From positions 3,327 through 67,326 of the forward strand of contig DASQJL010000112.1 in the NCBI GenBank assembly GCA_035631035.1: a stretch of DNA of 64,000 bases, read 5' to 3'. The position numbers and the translations under genes were made by a program. Origin of the DNA: Candidatus Binatia bacterium (lineage in GTDB: Bacteria > Eisenbacteria > RBG-16-71-46 > SZUA-252). The notes beneath the pieces were generated by a model. That model searched no databases. It saw only the letters and a program-made list of their open reading frames with translations, and was not told where the DNA came from. Shown here piece by piece: positions 52,297-63,123 of the stretch; position 1 is the stretch's first letter; every line of letters starts with the position of its first letter.

Positions 52297-52806
52297 ATGG
52301 ACCGAAACCAGCTTCGAGATGACCTCTCCCGGCGCCTCCGCGCTCTTCTGGAGGAGGAGGCGTTCGACCTGTGGGACCTGGAAGTCACATTCCAGTCGGG
52401 ACGGACGGTGGTGCAGGTCACGGTGGAACGCCCCGGGGGCGGCGTGACGCTGGACGAATGCGCCTATTGGAACCGGAAATTCGGGCGCTATCTCGAGGCT
52501 GAGAACGTCCTGCCCGGCTCGTACGTGCTGGAGGTGGGCAGCCCCGGCATCGAGCGGACGCTGACGCGCCCCGAGCACTACGCGCGGTACGTCGGCAGCT
52601 CGCTCGAGGTCAAGCTGCACGACCCCCGCGAGGGCCGGCGAACCTACCGCGGCGAGCTGCGCGCGGCGGGCCCGGAATCGATCGTCGTCGAGGATTCGGA
52701 AGCGGGAACGGTGTCGCTGCCGCACGCGGCGATCCGCAAGTCGCACCTGATCGTCGATCCTTGGGAAGGAATGCGCGGCAAGGACCGCCATAAAAAGGAA
52801 TCCTGA
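52297..52806 (+). CDS. rimP: Ribosome maturation factor RimP
   Basis: ATG 52297 in track ORF 52219..52806. LEVGSPGIERTL is the RimP signature. It sits directly upstream of nusA. Confidence 0.85.
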   Translation: MDRNQLRDDLSRRLRALLEEEAFDLWDLEVTFQSGRTVVQVTVERPGGGVTLDECAYWNRKFGRYLEAENVLPGSYVLEVGSPGIERTLTRPEHYARYVGSSLEVKLHDPREGRRTYRGELRAAGPESIVVEDSEAGTVSLPHAAIRKSHLIVDPWEGMRGKDRHKKES

Positions 52807-52835
52807 TCGTGGCTCGCGAGCCTCAAGTGAAGAAC

Positions 52836-54473
52836 ATGAACTACGAGCTGATGGATGCGATGGCTCAGATCGCGCGCGAAAAGAGCGTCGACAAGTCCAT
52901 CCTCATCGAGACGCTCGTGGCGGGGCTCCTCCAGGCCGGCAAGAAGCGGTTCGGCCCCGAGGCCGACGTCGACGTGAAGTTCGACGAGCAGAGCGGGAAG
53001 ATCGTGATGGCGCTGCGGCGCACCGTCGTCGAGGACGCCGACGACCTCGGCCGCGAGGTGGACCTGGCCGAGGCGCTGTCGCAGGACCCCGACGCGAAGA
53101 TCGGCCAGGTGCTGGTCCAGGAGCTCTCGCTGGAGGATCTCGGCCGGAACGCCATCGCCACCGCCAAGCAGGTGCTGGTGCAGCGCGTGCGCGAGGCCGA
53201 GCGGGAGCGGATCTACGAGGACTTCCACGACCGGGTGGGCGAGATGGTGCGCGGCACGGTGCAGCAGGTGGACCGCGGCAACATCTACGTGAAGCTCGAC
53301 CGGTCGGAGGCGATCCTGCCGCCGCGCGAGCAGATCGCGCGCGACCGCTTCCACCAGGGCGATCACATCAAGGCGTACATCATCGCGGTGGACAAGCTGG
53401 CGCGCGGGCCGCAGGTCATCCTGTCGCGGACCCACCCCGAGTTCCTGCGCCGCCTGTTCGAGTCCGAGGTGCCGGAGGTCGCGGAGAAGATCATCGAGAT
53501 CAAGGGGATCGCCCGGGAGCCCGGCTCCCGCGCCAAGGTCTCCGTGGTCTCGAACGACGACAAGATCGACGCGGTCGGCGCCTGCGTCGGGATCAAGGGA
53601 TCCCGCGTGCAGGCGATCGTGCGCGAGCTGGGGGGCGAGAAGATCGACATCGTCCCCTGGAGCGTGGACCCGATCGTGTTCGTGACGCGCGCGCTCTCCC
53701 CGGCCAAGGTGCTGGAAGCGCATGTGGTCGAGATGGAGCAGAAGATCCTGGTCACCGTGGCCGACGATCAGCTCTCGCTGGCGATCGGGAAGGGGGGCCA
53801 GAACGCGCGCCTCGCGGCCAAGCTCACGGGATGGAAGATCGACCTCATCTCCAAGAGCGAGCGGGAGCGGCAGAAGGAATACGAGCGGCGCTCGCGCGTC
53901 GACATCGAGGAGTTCGAGGCGGCCGGGCCGAAGCTGCGGGAGAAGCTCCTGCGCGAGGGGATCGAGACGGTGCAGGACCTCCTGAAGACCCCGCTGGAGG
54001 AGCTGCTCGCCATCCAGGGCGTGGGCGAGAAGACGGCGGAGAAGCTGCTCGAGGAGGCGCGCGATCTCCTGGCGCGCCGGGGCGAGGAGCTCGAGGCCGA
54101 GGCCGCGCGCGCCGCCGACGAGGCGGAGCGGCAGAAGGCCGAGGAAGCCGCCGCCATGGCCAAGCTCCAGGCGATGGAGGCGTCCGACCGGCTGGAAGAG
54201 GCGGAAGCCGAGACGGTCCGCGAGGCCTCGATGGAAACCGAAGTGGACGAGCAGATGCGCGGGGACGACTCGATCGGCGAGGACGAAGCGGTCCAGGCCG
54301 GCGACGTCGACGCGCTGACGATCGACGAAGGGGAGGAGGACCACCTCGTCCCCGAGGATGCCGACGCGACCGAGGCCGGACCGACGGCCGGCGCGTCGGA
54401 TGAGGACCAGGACGAGACGCGCGAGGAACGCGCCACGGGCGCGGAATCGGAAGGACCCCCGCCCCGGGCGTAG
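52836..54473 (+). CDS. nusA: Transcription termination/antitermination factor NusA with acidic C-terminal tail
   Basis: Track ORF 52809..54473. I prefer ATG 52836 (MNYELMDAMAQIAREKSV). It has S1 (GEMVRGTVQQVDRGNIYVKL), KH1/KH2 (AVGACVGIKGSRVQAIVRELGGEKIDIV; LAIGKGGQNARLAAKLTGWKIDL) and one HhH (LLAIQGVGEKTAEKLLE). About 130 aa of Glu/Asp/Ala-rich tail follow. Confidence 0.95.
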   Translation: MNYELMDAMAQIAREKSVDKSILIETLVAGLLQAGKKRFGPEADVDVKFDEQSGKIVMALRRTVVEDADDLGREVDLAEALSQDPDAKIGQVLVQELSLEDLGRNAIATAKQVLVQRVREAERERIYEDFHDRVGEMVRGTVQQVDRGNIYVKLDRSEAILPPREQIARDRFHQGDHIKAYIIAVDKLARGPQVILSRTHPEFLRRLFESEVPEVAEKIIEIKGIAREPGSRAKVSVVSNDDKIDAVGACVGIKGSRVQAIVRELGGEKIDIVPWSVDPIVFVTRALSPAKVLEAHVVEMEQKILVTVADDQLSLAIGKGGQNARLAAKLTGWKIDLISKSERERQKEYERRSRVDIEEFEAAGPKLREKLLREGIETVQDLLKTPLEELLAIQGVGEKTAEKLLEEARDLLARRGEELEAEAARAADEAERQKAEEAAAMAKLQAMEASDRLEEAEAETVREASMETEVDEQMRGDDSIGEDEAVQAGDVDALTIDEGEEDHLVPEDADATEAGPTAGASDEDQDETREERATGAESEGPPPRA

Positions 54474-54493
54474 GGGCGAGAACGAGGAGACGT

Positions 54494-56674
<2,181 letters not shown>

Positions 56675-56675
56675 C

Positions 56676-56957
56676 ATGGTGGTCGGGACGATGCGGCTCG
56701 AGCTCCACCTGCCCGCCTCCGATTCCCTGAAGGCCAAGCGCTCCGTGCTGAACCGGGTGAAGGAGCGGGTGCGCTCGGGTTTCAACGCGTCCGTCGCCGA
56801 GGTGGAGCACCAGGATCTCTGGCAGCGGGCGACCCTGGGGGTCGCCATCGTGGGGAGCGCGCCCGGCGCTCTCGACAACGTGCTGCGGGACATCCTCCGC
56901 GCCGTCGAGCGCGAGGACCGGCTTCAAGTTCTCGACTTCCAGATCCGGATCATCTGA
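56676..56957 (+). CDS. DUF503 (YlxP-like) protein
   Basis: MVVGTMRLELHLPASDSLKAKRSVLNRVKERVRSGFNASVAEV fits the DUF503 pattern. It occupies the conserved infB-ylxP-rbfA position. Confidence 0.8.
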   Translation: MVVGTMRLELHLPASDSLKAKRSVLNRVKERVRSGFNASVAEVEHQDLWQRATLGVAIVGSAPGALDNVLRDILRAVEREDRLQVLDFQIRII

Positions 56958-57023
56958 CGTCCCGGGCTCCCGGGATCGCGCGGCCCGCAGGGGTCGCCGG
57001 TTCCGAGACCCAGAGGAGATAAT

Positions 57024-57395
57024 GTGCCCGCACGCTCCGAGAGTCCGCGCACGCGCCGCGTCGCCGAGCGCATCCAGGTCGAACTGGCCGAGATCCTGTC
57101 GAAGGAGACGGAGGATCCGCGGCTGCGCTCGCTGACCGTGACCGCGGCCCGCGTCTCCCGCGACCTCGCCTCGGCGCGGGTCTGGGTGAGCGGGCGGATG
57201 ACGCCCGACGAGGAGGCGGCCGCGCTCGCGGCGCTGGAGCACGCGGCGCCCTTCTTCCGCACGCTGCTCGCGCCGCGGCTGGGGCTGCGGATCGTGCCCA
57301 CGCTGCGCTTCGAGGTGGACCGCACGATCGAAGCGGGCGCGCGGATCGAGGAGCTGCTCCGCGAAATCAAGGACCAGGACGAGACCAAGGAGTAA
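57024..57395 (+). CDS. rbfA: Ribosome-binding factor A
   Basis: GTG after GAGGAG. RTRRVAERIQVELAEIL...DPRL...TVTAARVSRDLASARVW fits the RbfA pattern. Confidence 0.9.
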   Translation: MPARSESPRTRRVAERIQVELAEILSKETEDPRLRSLTVTAARVSRDLASARVWVSGRMTPDEEAAALAALEHAAPFFRTLLAPRLGLRIVPTLRFEVDRTIEAGARIEELLREIKDQDETKE

Positions 57396-57401
57396 CGCCG
57401 C

Positions 57402-58388
57402 GTGCCCCATGCCGCCTTTCGCGCGTTCGTGGACGCGCACGACGATTTCCTGATCCTTTCCCACATCGACCCCGACGGCGACGCCGTGGGCTCGTCGCTC
57501 GGACTGGCGTGGGCGCTCCGGCCCATCGGGAAGCGCGTCACCGTGGCGAACGATTCGCCGCTCCCGGCCAGCCTGCGCTTCCTGCCCGGATGGGAGGAGA
57601 TCCGCCTCGCCTCCGAGCTTCCCGAGCCCTTCCGCGCCGTCTTCGTCCTCGACTGCTCGTCGCTGGACCGCGTCGGCCGCACGGGCATCGCCGCGATCGC
57701 GCCGGGCGCCGCCATCGCCTGCGTGGACCACCACGCCGGCACCGACGGGTTCGGCGATCCGCGCCTGGTGAACGTGAGCGCGAGCGCCACCGCCGAGCTG
57801 ATCGTCGAGATCCTCCAGGCCAGCGAGCTTCCGATTGGGCCCGAGGCGGCGGCCTGCCTCTACGCGGGCATCGCGTCGGACACCGGAGCGTTCCGGTTCC
57901 AGAACACCACGCCGCACGTGCTGCGCCTGGCGGCCCGCCTGGTCGAGCGCGGCGCCGATCCCTCGCGCACGGCGCGCTCCCTGTTCGGCCGGAAGTCGCC
58001 GGCCAGCCTTCGCGTGCTGGGGCTGGCGCTCGCCTCGCTGGAATCGCGGGCCTCGGGCAAGGTGAGCGTGCTCACGATCTCCCGCGCCATGTTCGACGAG
58101 GCGAAGGCCGCCCCCGAGGACGCCGACGGGATCGTCCAGTACGCGCAGTCGGTGAACGGCGCCTTGATCGGCGTGCTGATCCAGGAGACCGCGCCGGGCG
58201 AGGTCCGGATCTCCTTCCGCTCCGACGGCAGCGTGGACGTGAACGACATCGCCGGCCGCTTCGGCGGCGGCGGCCACCGGAACGCCGCGGGCGCCCGGCT
58301 CCGGGGCGAGCTCTCCGTGGTGCGCGAGTCGGTGCTCCAAGCCCTCGAACAGGCGGTACATGGCGGACCTCCTGCACCTCGTGGATAA
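57402..58388 (+). CDS. nrnA: DHH/DHHA1 phosphoesterase (NrnA-like nanoRNase/pAp phosphatase)
   Basis: SHIDPDGDAVGSS (DHH motifs), DHHAGTDGFG, and DHHA1 GGGGHRNAAGA. Confidence 0.8.
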   Translation: MPHAAFRAFVDAHDDFLILSHIDPDGDAVGSSLGLAWALRPIGKRVTVANDSPLPASLRFLPGWEEIRLASELPEPFRAVFVLDCSSLDRVGRTGIAAIAPGAAIACVDHHAGTDGFGDPRLVNVSASATAELIVEILQASELPIGPEAAACLYAGIASDTGAFRFQNTTPHVLRLAARLVERGADPSRTARSLFGRKSPASLRVLGLALASLESRASGKVSVLTISRAMFDEAKAAPEDADGIVQYAQSVNGALIGVLIQETAPGEVRISFRSDGSVDVNDIAGRFGGGGHRNAAGARLRGELSVVRESVLQALEQAVHGGPPAPRG

Positions 58389-59334
58389 GCCGGAGGGCTG
58401 GACGTCGCACGACGTGGTCGCCCGCCTGCGCGGCATCCTGGGCGAGCGCCGGATCGGCCACGCCGGAACCCTCGATCCCTTCGCGAGCGGCCTCCTCGTC
58501 CTGGGCGAGGGGCGCACCACGCCGCTCCTCTCCTGCATCGGACTCCTCCCGAAGCGCTACGTCGCGCGGGCGCTCCTGGGCGTCGTGACCGACACGCAGG
58601 ACCGCACCGGCCGCGCGGTGGCCGAAGCGCGGCCGGAGTCGATCCCGGGACGCGATCAGGTCGAAGCGGCGCTCGCCGCCTTCCGGGGACCGATCATGCA
58701 GTGCCCGCCCGCCTACTCCGCGGTGAAGGTGGGCGGGGAGCGCTCCTACCGCGTGGCGCGGCGAGGCGGCGACCCCGAGCGGAAGCCGCGGCCGGCGCAC
58801 GTCTACGCGCTCGCGCTTTCCGACGGGGCGCAGCACCCCGAGATCGCTTTCGAGGTCACGGTCAGCCGCGGCACGTACGTGCGCACGCTGGCGCACGACC
58901 TGGGGCAGGCGCTGGGATGCGGCGCCCACCTGACGGCGCTCCGGCGGACGGCGATCGGCCCCTTCCGCGTCGAGGACGCGCTCTCCCCCTCGCGGGAGGC
59001 GGGGCTCGGCGCCGAGCGCTTCCGCGAGCGCGCGCTCGCTCCGGAGCGGGCCCTCTCCTTCCTGCCGCGGGTGCGGCTGGATCGGAACGAGGCGGACCGG
59101 CTCCGCTACGGCGCGGCGCCGGCTTCCGATCCCGCGCGGCTCGAAACGGCGCCCCAGGACGACCCGCTGCCGCCCGGAGAAGCGGGATGGCCGGTGGCGC
59201 TCCTCGACGGCGACGGGACGCTGCTCGCGCTCGCGCGGCCGATGGAGTCCCAGCGCCCGGGCGAGCCGATGGCGCTCCTGCGCGTGATGAGCGCGGCGCC
59301 CGAGCGGACCCCCGCGGCCGGGGAGGCGCGATGA
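58360..59334 (+). CDS. truB: tRNA pseudouridine(55) synthase
   Basis: LVDKPEGWTSHDVV, GHAGTLDPFASGLLVL (catalytic Asp) and PPAYSAVKV. Confidence 0.9.
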   Translation: MADLLHLVDKPEGWTSHDVVARLRGILGERRIGHAGTLDPFASGLLVLGEGRTTPLLSCIGLLPKRYVARALLGVVTDTQDRTGRAVAEARPESIPGRDQVEAALAAFRGPIMQCPPAYSAVKVGGERSYRVARRGGDPERKPRPAHVYALALSDGAQHPEIAFEVTVSRGTYVRTLAHDLGQALGCGAHLTALRRTAIGPFRVEDALSPSREAGLGAERFRERALAPERALSFLPRVRLDRNEADRLRYGAAPASDPARLETAPQDDPLPPGEAGWPVALLDGDGTLLALARPMESQRPGEPMALLRVMSAAPERTPAAGEAR

Positions 59335-60293
59335 CCGCCGCGGCCCCCTCCGAGGGCGCCCCGGTCCCGGTGCCGGTCGCCGGGCGGCCGATCGCGCTCA
59401 CGATCGGCGTCTTCGACGGGCTCCATCGGGGGCACCGCCGGGTGATCGAGGCCACGGTGGCCGCGGCCCGCGAGATGGCCGGCGCGGCGTGGGTGGCCAC
59501 GTTCGACCCGCACCCCGACACGGTCGTGCGCGGCGTCGAGCCCCGCCCGTGGATCACCCCTCCCGAGGAGCGGAAAGCGCTGCTCCATGCCCTCGGCGTG
59601 GACCGGGTCGAGGTGATCCGCTTCGATCACGCCGTCCAGGAGCTTCTCCCCGAGGGGTTCCTCGACCGGATCCTGGGCCCCGGCGCGCCGCTTCGGGTGC
59701 TGGTCGTCGGGCCCGACTTCCGGATGGGGAAGAACCGCGTGGGGGACCGCGCCTACCTCGAGGAGCTGGGGAAGCGGCGCGGCTTCAGCGTGCGGGAGGC
59801 TCCGTTTCTCATGGGCAACGGCGCCAAGCTCTCGAGCACGCTCCTTCGCCGGGAGATCGAGACGGGGCTCCTGGAGGAGGCGGCCGCCATCCTGGGCCGG
59901 CCCTACGCCCTGGAAGGGACCGTGGGGAGCGGCGCCGGCCGGGGCACCGGCCTGGGGTACCCGACGGCGAACCTCGAGGTGTCCCCCCAGAAGCTCCTTC
60001 CGGCCAGCGGCATCTACCTGTCGGAAAACGAGCTGGAGGGGCGGATCCAGCCCGGCATCACCTACGTCGGGAGCGCCGGCACGTTCGGCCCCGGCCCGGT
60101 CCGGGTGGAGGTGCATCTGCTCGACTTCACCGGGAGTCTGAGGGGGAAAGGGCTTCGGACGCTATTGATCCGGCGGCTCCGCGCCGATAAGGTGTTCGAC
60201 TCGCCGAAGGCGCTCATCGAGGCGATGGACAAGGACTTGGCCGAGGCCAGGGCCTGGTGGGGAAGCGCCCGCGGCGCGACGACCCGCGGCTAG
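59331..60293 (+). CDS. ribF: Bifunctional riboflavin kinase / FMN adenylyltransferase
   Basis: ATG 59331 (ATGA overlap). [21 protein letters not shown], then the kinase domain [13 protein letters not shown]...GIYL...VEVHLLDF. Confidence 0.9.
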   Translation: MTAAAPSEGAPVPVPVAGRPIALTIGVFDGLHRGHRRVIEATVAAAREMAGAAWVATFDPHPDTVVRGVEPRPWITPPEERKALLHALGVDRVEVIRFDHAVQELLPEGFLDRILGPGAPLRVLVVGPDFRMGKNRVGDRAYLEELGKRRGFSVREAPFLMGNGAKLSSTLLRREIETGLLEEAAAILGRPYALEGTVGSGAGRGTGLGYPTANLEVSPQKLLPASGIYLSENELEGRIQPGITYVGSAGTFGPGPVRVEVHLLDFTGSLRGKGLRTLLIRRLRADKVFDSPKALIEAMDKDLAEARAWWGSARGATTRG

Positions 60294-60304
60294 CACGGAA
60301 ATGC

Positions 60305-60332
60305 TTGCAACGTGAACGCTCTGTGATACATT
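60305..60332 (+). promoter_or_regulatory. Sigma-70-like promoter upstream of rpsO
   Basis: TTGCAA (60305-60310), 16 nt ending in TGa, TACATT (60327-60332). It lies about 40 nt upstream of the rpsO start. Confidence 0.4.
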
Positions 60333-60373
60333 CCCGCTCCAGAGAGAGAGGGAAAGTCAAGGAGGTGGCACCG

Positions 60374-60643
60374 GTGCCGTTATCGCCTGAACGGAAGCGC
60401 GAAGTGATCGGACAGTTCAAGACCCACGAGGCCGACTCCGGGTCGGCCGAAGTCCAGATCGCGCTTCTCACCGAACGAATCAAGTACCTGACGGAGCACT
60501 TCAAGGTCCACAAGCGCGACCATCACAGTCGCCGCGGACTGCTCCGAATGGTGGGTCAAAGGCGACGGCTACTCGACTATCTGAAGGCGACGAAAGTCGA
60601 GCGCTACCGGGCAGTGGTCAAGGAGCTGGGCCTCCGCAAGTAG
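60374..60643 (+). CDS. rpsO: 30S ribosomal protein S15
   Basis: GTG 60374 after [55 protein letters not shown]. Confidence 0.95.
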   Translation: MPLSPERKREVIGQFKTHEADSGSAEVQIALLTERIKYLTEHFKVHKRDHHSRRGLLRMVGQRRRLLDYLKATKVERYRAVVKELGLRK

Positions 60644-60812
60644 GCTCCTCCCCGCGTCCGTCCTGTACGGGCCGCAGGGGACCCCGCCGCGCAGTTCCTC
60701 CCGAAGACACCCTTACGAGCCCTCGAAGGCTTGAGCCCTCGAGGGGGCGCCGTATTCGGCCCATGGTTCGCCGGCGGCGTCGTGTCCTTCGAGCCAGTCG
60801 CTACAAAAGGAG

Positions 60813-63014
60813 ATGAGAATGCCCGAATCAGTAAGCCTTGAGCTTGGCGGCCGCACGTACCGCATCGAGGTCGGGAAGGTGGCCAAGCAGGCTTCGGGTT
60901 CCACGTGGGTCCAGTACGGCGAGACCGTGGTGCTGTGCGCCGCGGTCGCCAGCAAGGATCCGATCGAGAAGGACTTCTTCCCGCTCAGCGTGGAGTACCG
61001 GGAGAAGACCTACGCCGCGGGGCGCATCCCGGGCGGCTTCTTCAAGCGGGAAGGGAGGCCGACGGAGAAGGAGATCCTCTCCAGCCGGCTCATCGACCGC
61101 CCGCTCCGTCCGCTCTTTCCGGACGGCTACCGCAACGAGATCCAGATCATGTGCACGGTCCTCTCCTCGGACCAGCTGAACGACTCCGACATCCTCGGCG
61201 TCACCGGCGCTTCGGCCGCGCTCATGGTCTCCGACATTCCCTTCCCCGAGCCGGTCTCCGCGGTGCGCGTGGGGCTGGTCGAGGGGAACATGGTCCTGAA
61301 CCCCACCTTCGCCGAGCTGGACGAGTCCACGCTCGACCTGGTGGTCGCGGCCACCGACTCCAACATCGTGATGGTGGAGGCGGGCGCCCGCGAGGTGCAG
61401 GAGAGCCAGATCGTCGAGGCGCTGGAGTTCGCGCACGAGGCGATCCGGAAGCTGAACCGCATGCAGCACGACCTGCGCGAGCGGGTCGGCAAGCCCAAGC
61501 GCACCTTCCCGCTCCCGCAGCGCGACGAGACGCTGGCCAAGCAGATCGCCTCCGAGTACGGCGACCGGGCCCGCCAGGCGAACCGCACCGCGGAGAAGCA
61601 CGCGCGGCAGGACGCCCTCGACAAGCTCCGCGACGAGGCGGTCGCCAAGTACGAGGCGTCGAACCCCGGCTCCGGCAAGCTGGTGCGCCAGGTGCTGAAC
61701 GAGCTGGAGGAGCACGACGTCCGCCATATGATCGTGAAGGAGCACAAGCGTCCCGACGGCCGCGGCTTCGACGACATCCGCGCCATCGCCTGCGAGGTGA
61801 GCCCGCTCCCGCGCACGCACGGCTCGTCGCTGTTCACGCGCGGCCAGACCCAGGCGCTCGTGGTCGCCACCCTGGGCACCAAGGTGGACGAGCAGCGGGT
61901 CGAGGAGCTGGAAGGGCAGTCGTGGAAGAGCTTCATGCTCCACTACAATTTCCCGCCCTACAGCGTCGGCGAGGTCCGTCCCTTCCGCGGCCCCGGCCGC
62001 CGGGAGATCGGCCACGGCGCGCTCGCCGAGCGCGCCCTCGAGCCCCTGATCCCGAGCGACGTGGACTTCCCCTACACCATCCGCATCGTCTCCGACATCC
62101 TCGAGTCGAACGGCAGCTCGTCCATGGCGACGATCTGCGGCGGGAGCCTCTCCCTGATGGACGCGGGCGTGCCGATCAAGTCGCACGTCGCGGGCGTGGC
62201 GATGGGGCTGGTCAAGGAAGAGAACGAATTCGCCATCCTGACCGACATCCAGGGGGTGGAAGACCACCTGGGCGACATGGACTTCAAGGTCGCGGGCACC
62301 AAGGACGGCATCACGGCGCTCCAGATGGACATCAAGATCGCCGGCGTCTCCTACGCGCTCATGGCCGAGGCGCTCGAGCGGGCCAAGAAGGCGAGGATGT
62401 TCGTGCTCGGCAAGATGGACGCCGCGATCGCGGCGCCGCGCTCCGAGCTCTCGCCGTACGCGCCGCGCATCTACATCATGATGATCGACCCCGACAAGAT
62501 CCGCGAGGTCATCGGACCGGGCGGCAAGATGATCAAGAAGATCAGCGCCGAGACCGGCACGCAGATCGACATCGAGGACACCGGTGAGGTCCGCATCGCC
62601 GCCTTCAGCGGCGCCGACGGCGACCGCGCGCGGGAGATCATCCGCGGCATCACCGAGGATCCGGAGATCGGCCGCGTCTACCAGGGGATCGTGCGGCGGG
62701 TGGTGCCGTTCGGCGCCTTCGTCGAGATCTCGCCCGGCAAGGACGGGCTGGTGCACATCTCCGAGCTCGAGCCGAAGCGGGTCGAGCGGGTCGAAGACGT
62801 CATCAACGAGGGGGACACCGTCCTCGTCAAGGTGATCGGCATCGACCGCGAGGGGAAGATCAAGCTGAGCCGCAAGCAGGCCCTTCCGGGCTACGTGCCG
62901 TCCGAAGAGGACGGCGCGTCCGACCGCGGCGGCGACAGCCGCCGGGGCGGCGGCGGCGGGCGAGGCGGCGACCGCGGTCCTCGCGGGCGGCGGCCGGAGC
63001 CGTCGCGGCGTTGA
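60813..63014 (+). CDS. pnp: Polyribonucleotide nucleotidyltransferase (PNPase)
   Basis: It has two RNase PH domains (GRIPGGFFKREGRP; RPDGR...LFTRGQTQ), a KH domain (IGPGGKMIKKI), an S1 domain (GAFVEISPGKDGLVHISEL) and a Gly/Arg-rich C-terminus. Confidence 0.95.
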   Translation: MRMPESVSLELGGRTYRIEVGKVAKQASGSTWVQYGETVVLCAAVASKDPIEKDFFPLSVEYREKTYAAGRIPGGFFKREGRPTEKEILSSRLIDRPLRPLFPDGYRNEIQIMCTVLSSDQLNDSDILGVTGASAALMVSDIPFPEPVSAVRVGLVEGNMVLNPTFAELDESTLDLVVAATDSNIVMVEAGAREVQESQIVEALEFAHEAIRKLNRMQHDLRERVGKPKRTFPLPQRDETLAKQIASEYGDRARQANRTAEKHARQDALDKLRDEAVAKYEASNPGSGKLVRQVLNELEEHDVRHMIVKEHKRPDGRGFDDIRAIACEVSPLPRTHGSSLFTRGQTQALVVATLGTKVDEQRVEELEGQSWKSFMLHYNFPPYSVGEVRPFRGPGRREIGHGALAERALEPLIPSDVDFPYTIRIVSDILESNGSSSMATICGGSLSLMDAGVPIKSHVAGVAMGLVKEENEFAILTDIQGVEDHLGDMDFKVAGTKDGITALQMDIKIAGVSYALMAEALERAKKARMFVLGKMDAAIAAPRSELSPYAPRIYIMMIDPDKIREVIGPGGKMIKKISAETGTQIDIEDTGEVRIAAFSGADGDRAREIIRGITEDPEIGRVYQGIVRRVVPFGAFVEISPGKDGLVHISELEPKRVERVEDVINEGDTVLVKVIGIDREGKIKLSRKQALPGYVPSEEDGASDRGGDSRRGGGGGRGGDRGPRGRRPEPSRR

Positions 63015-63042
63015 CGCGGTACCCGAACCGATTCGAAAGCAG

Positions 63043-63078
63043 GCGGCGGACGGAGGCTTCGGCCTCCGTCGCCGTTTA
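63043..63078 (+). terminator. Terminator-like hairpin after pnp
   Basis: GGCG(g)ACGGAGGC-ttcg-GCCTCCGTCGCC is followed by GTTTAC. The stem is good, with one bulge. The U-tract is weak. Confidence 0.45.
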
Positions 63079-63123
63079 CAGCAAGCGCGCCCCCCGAAGC
63101 GGGCGCTCGAGGAGCGGAACGCC

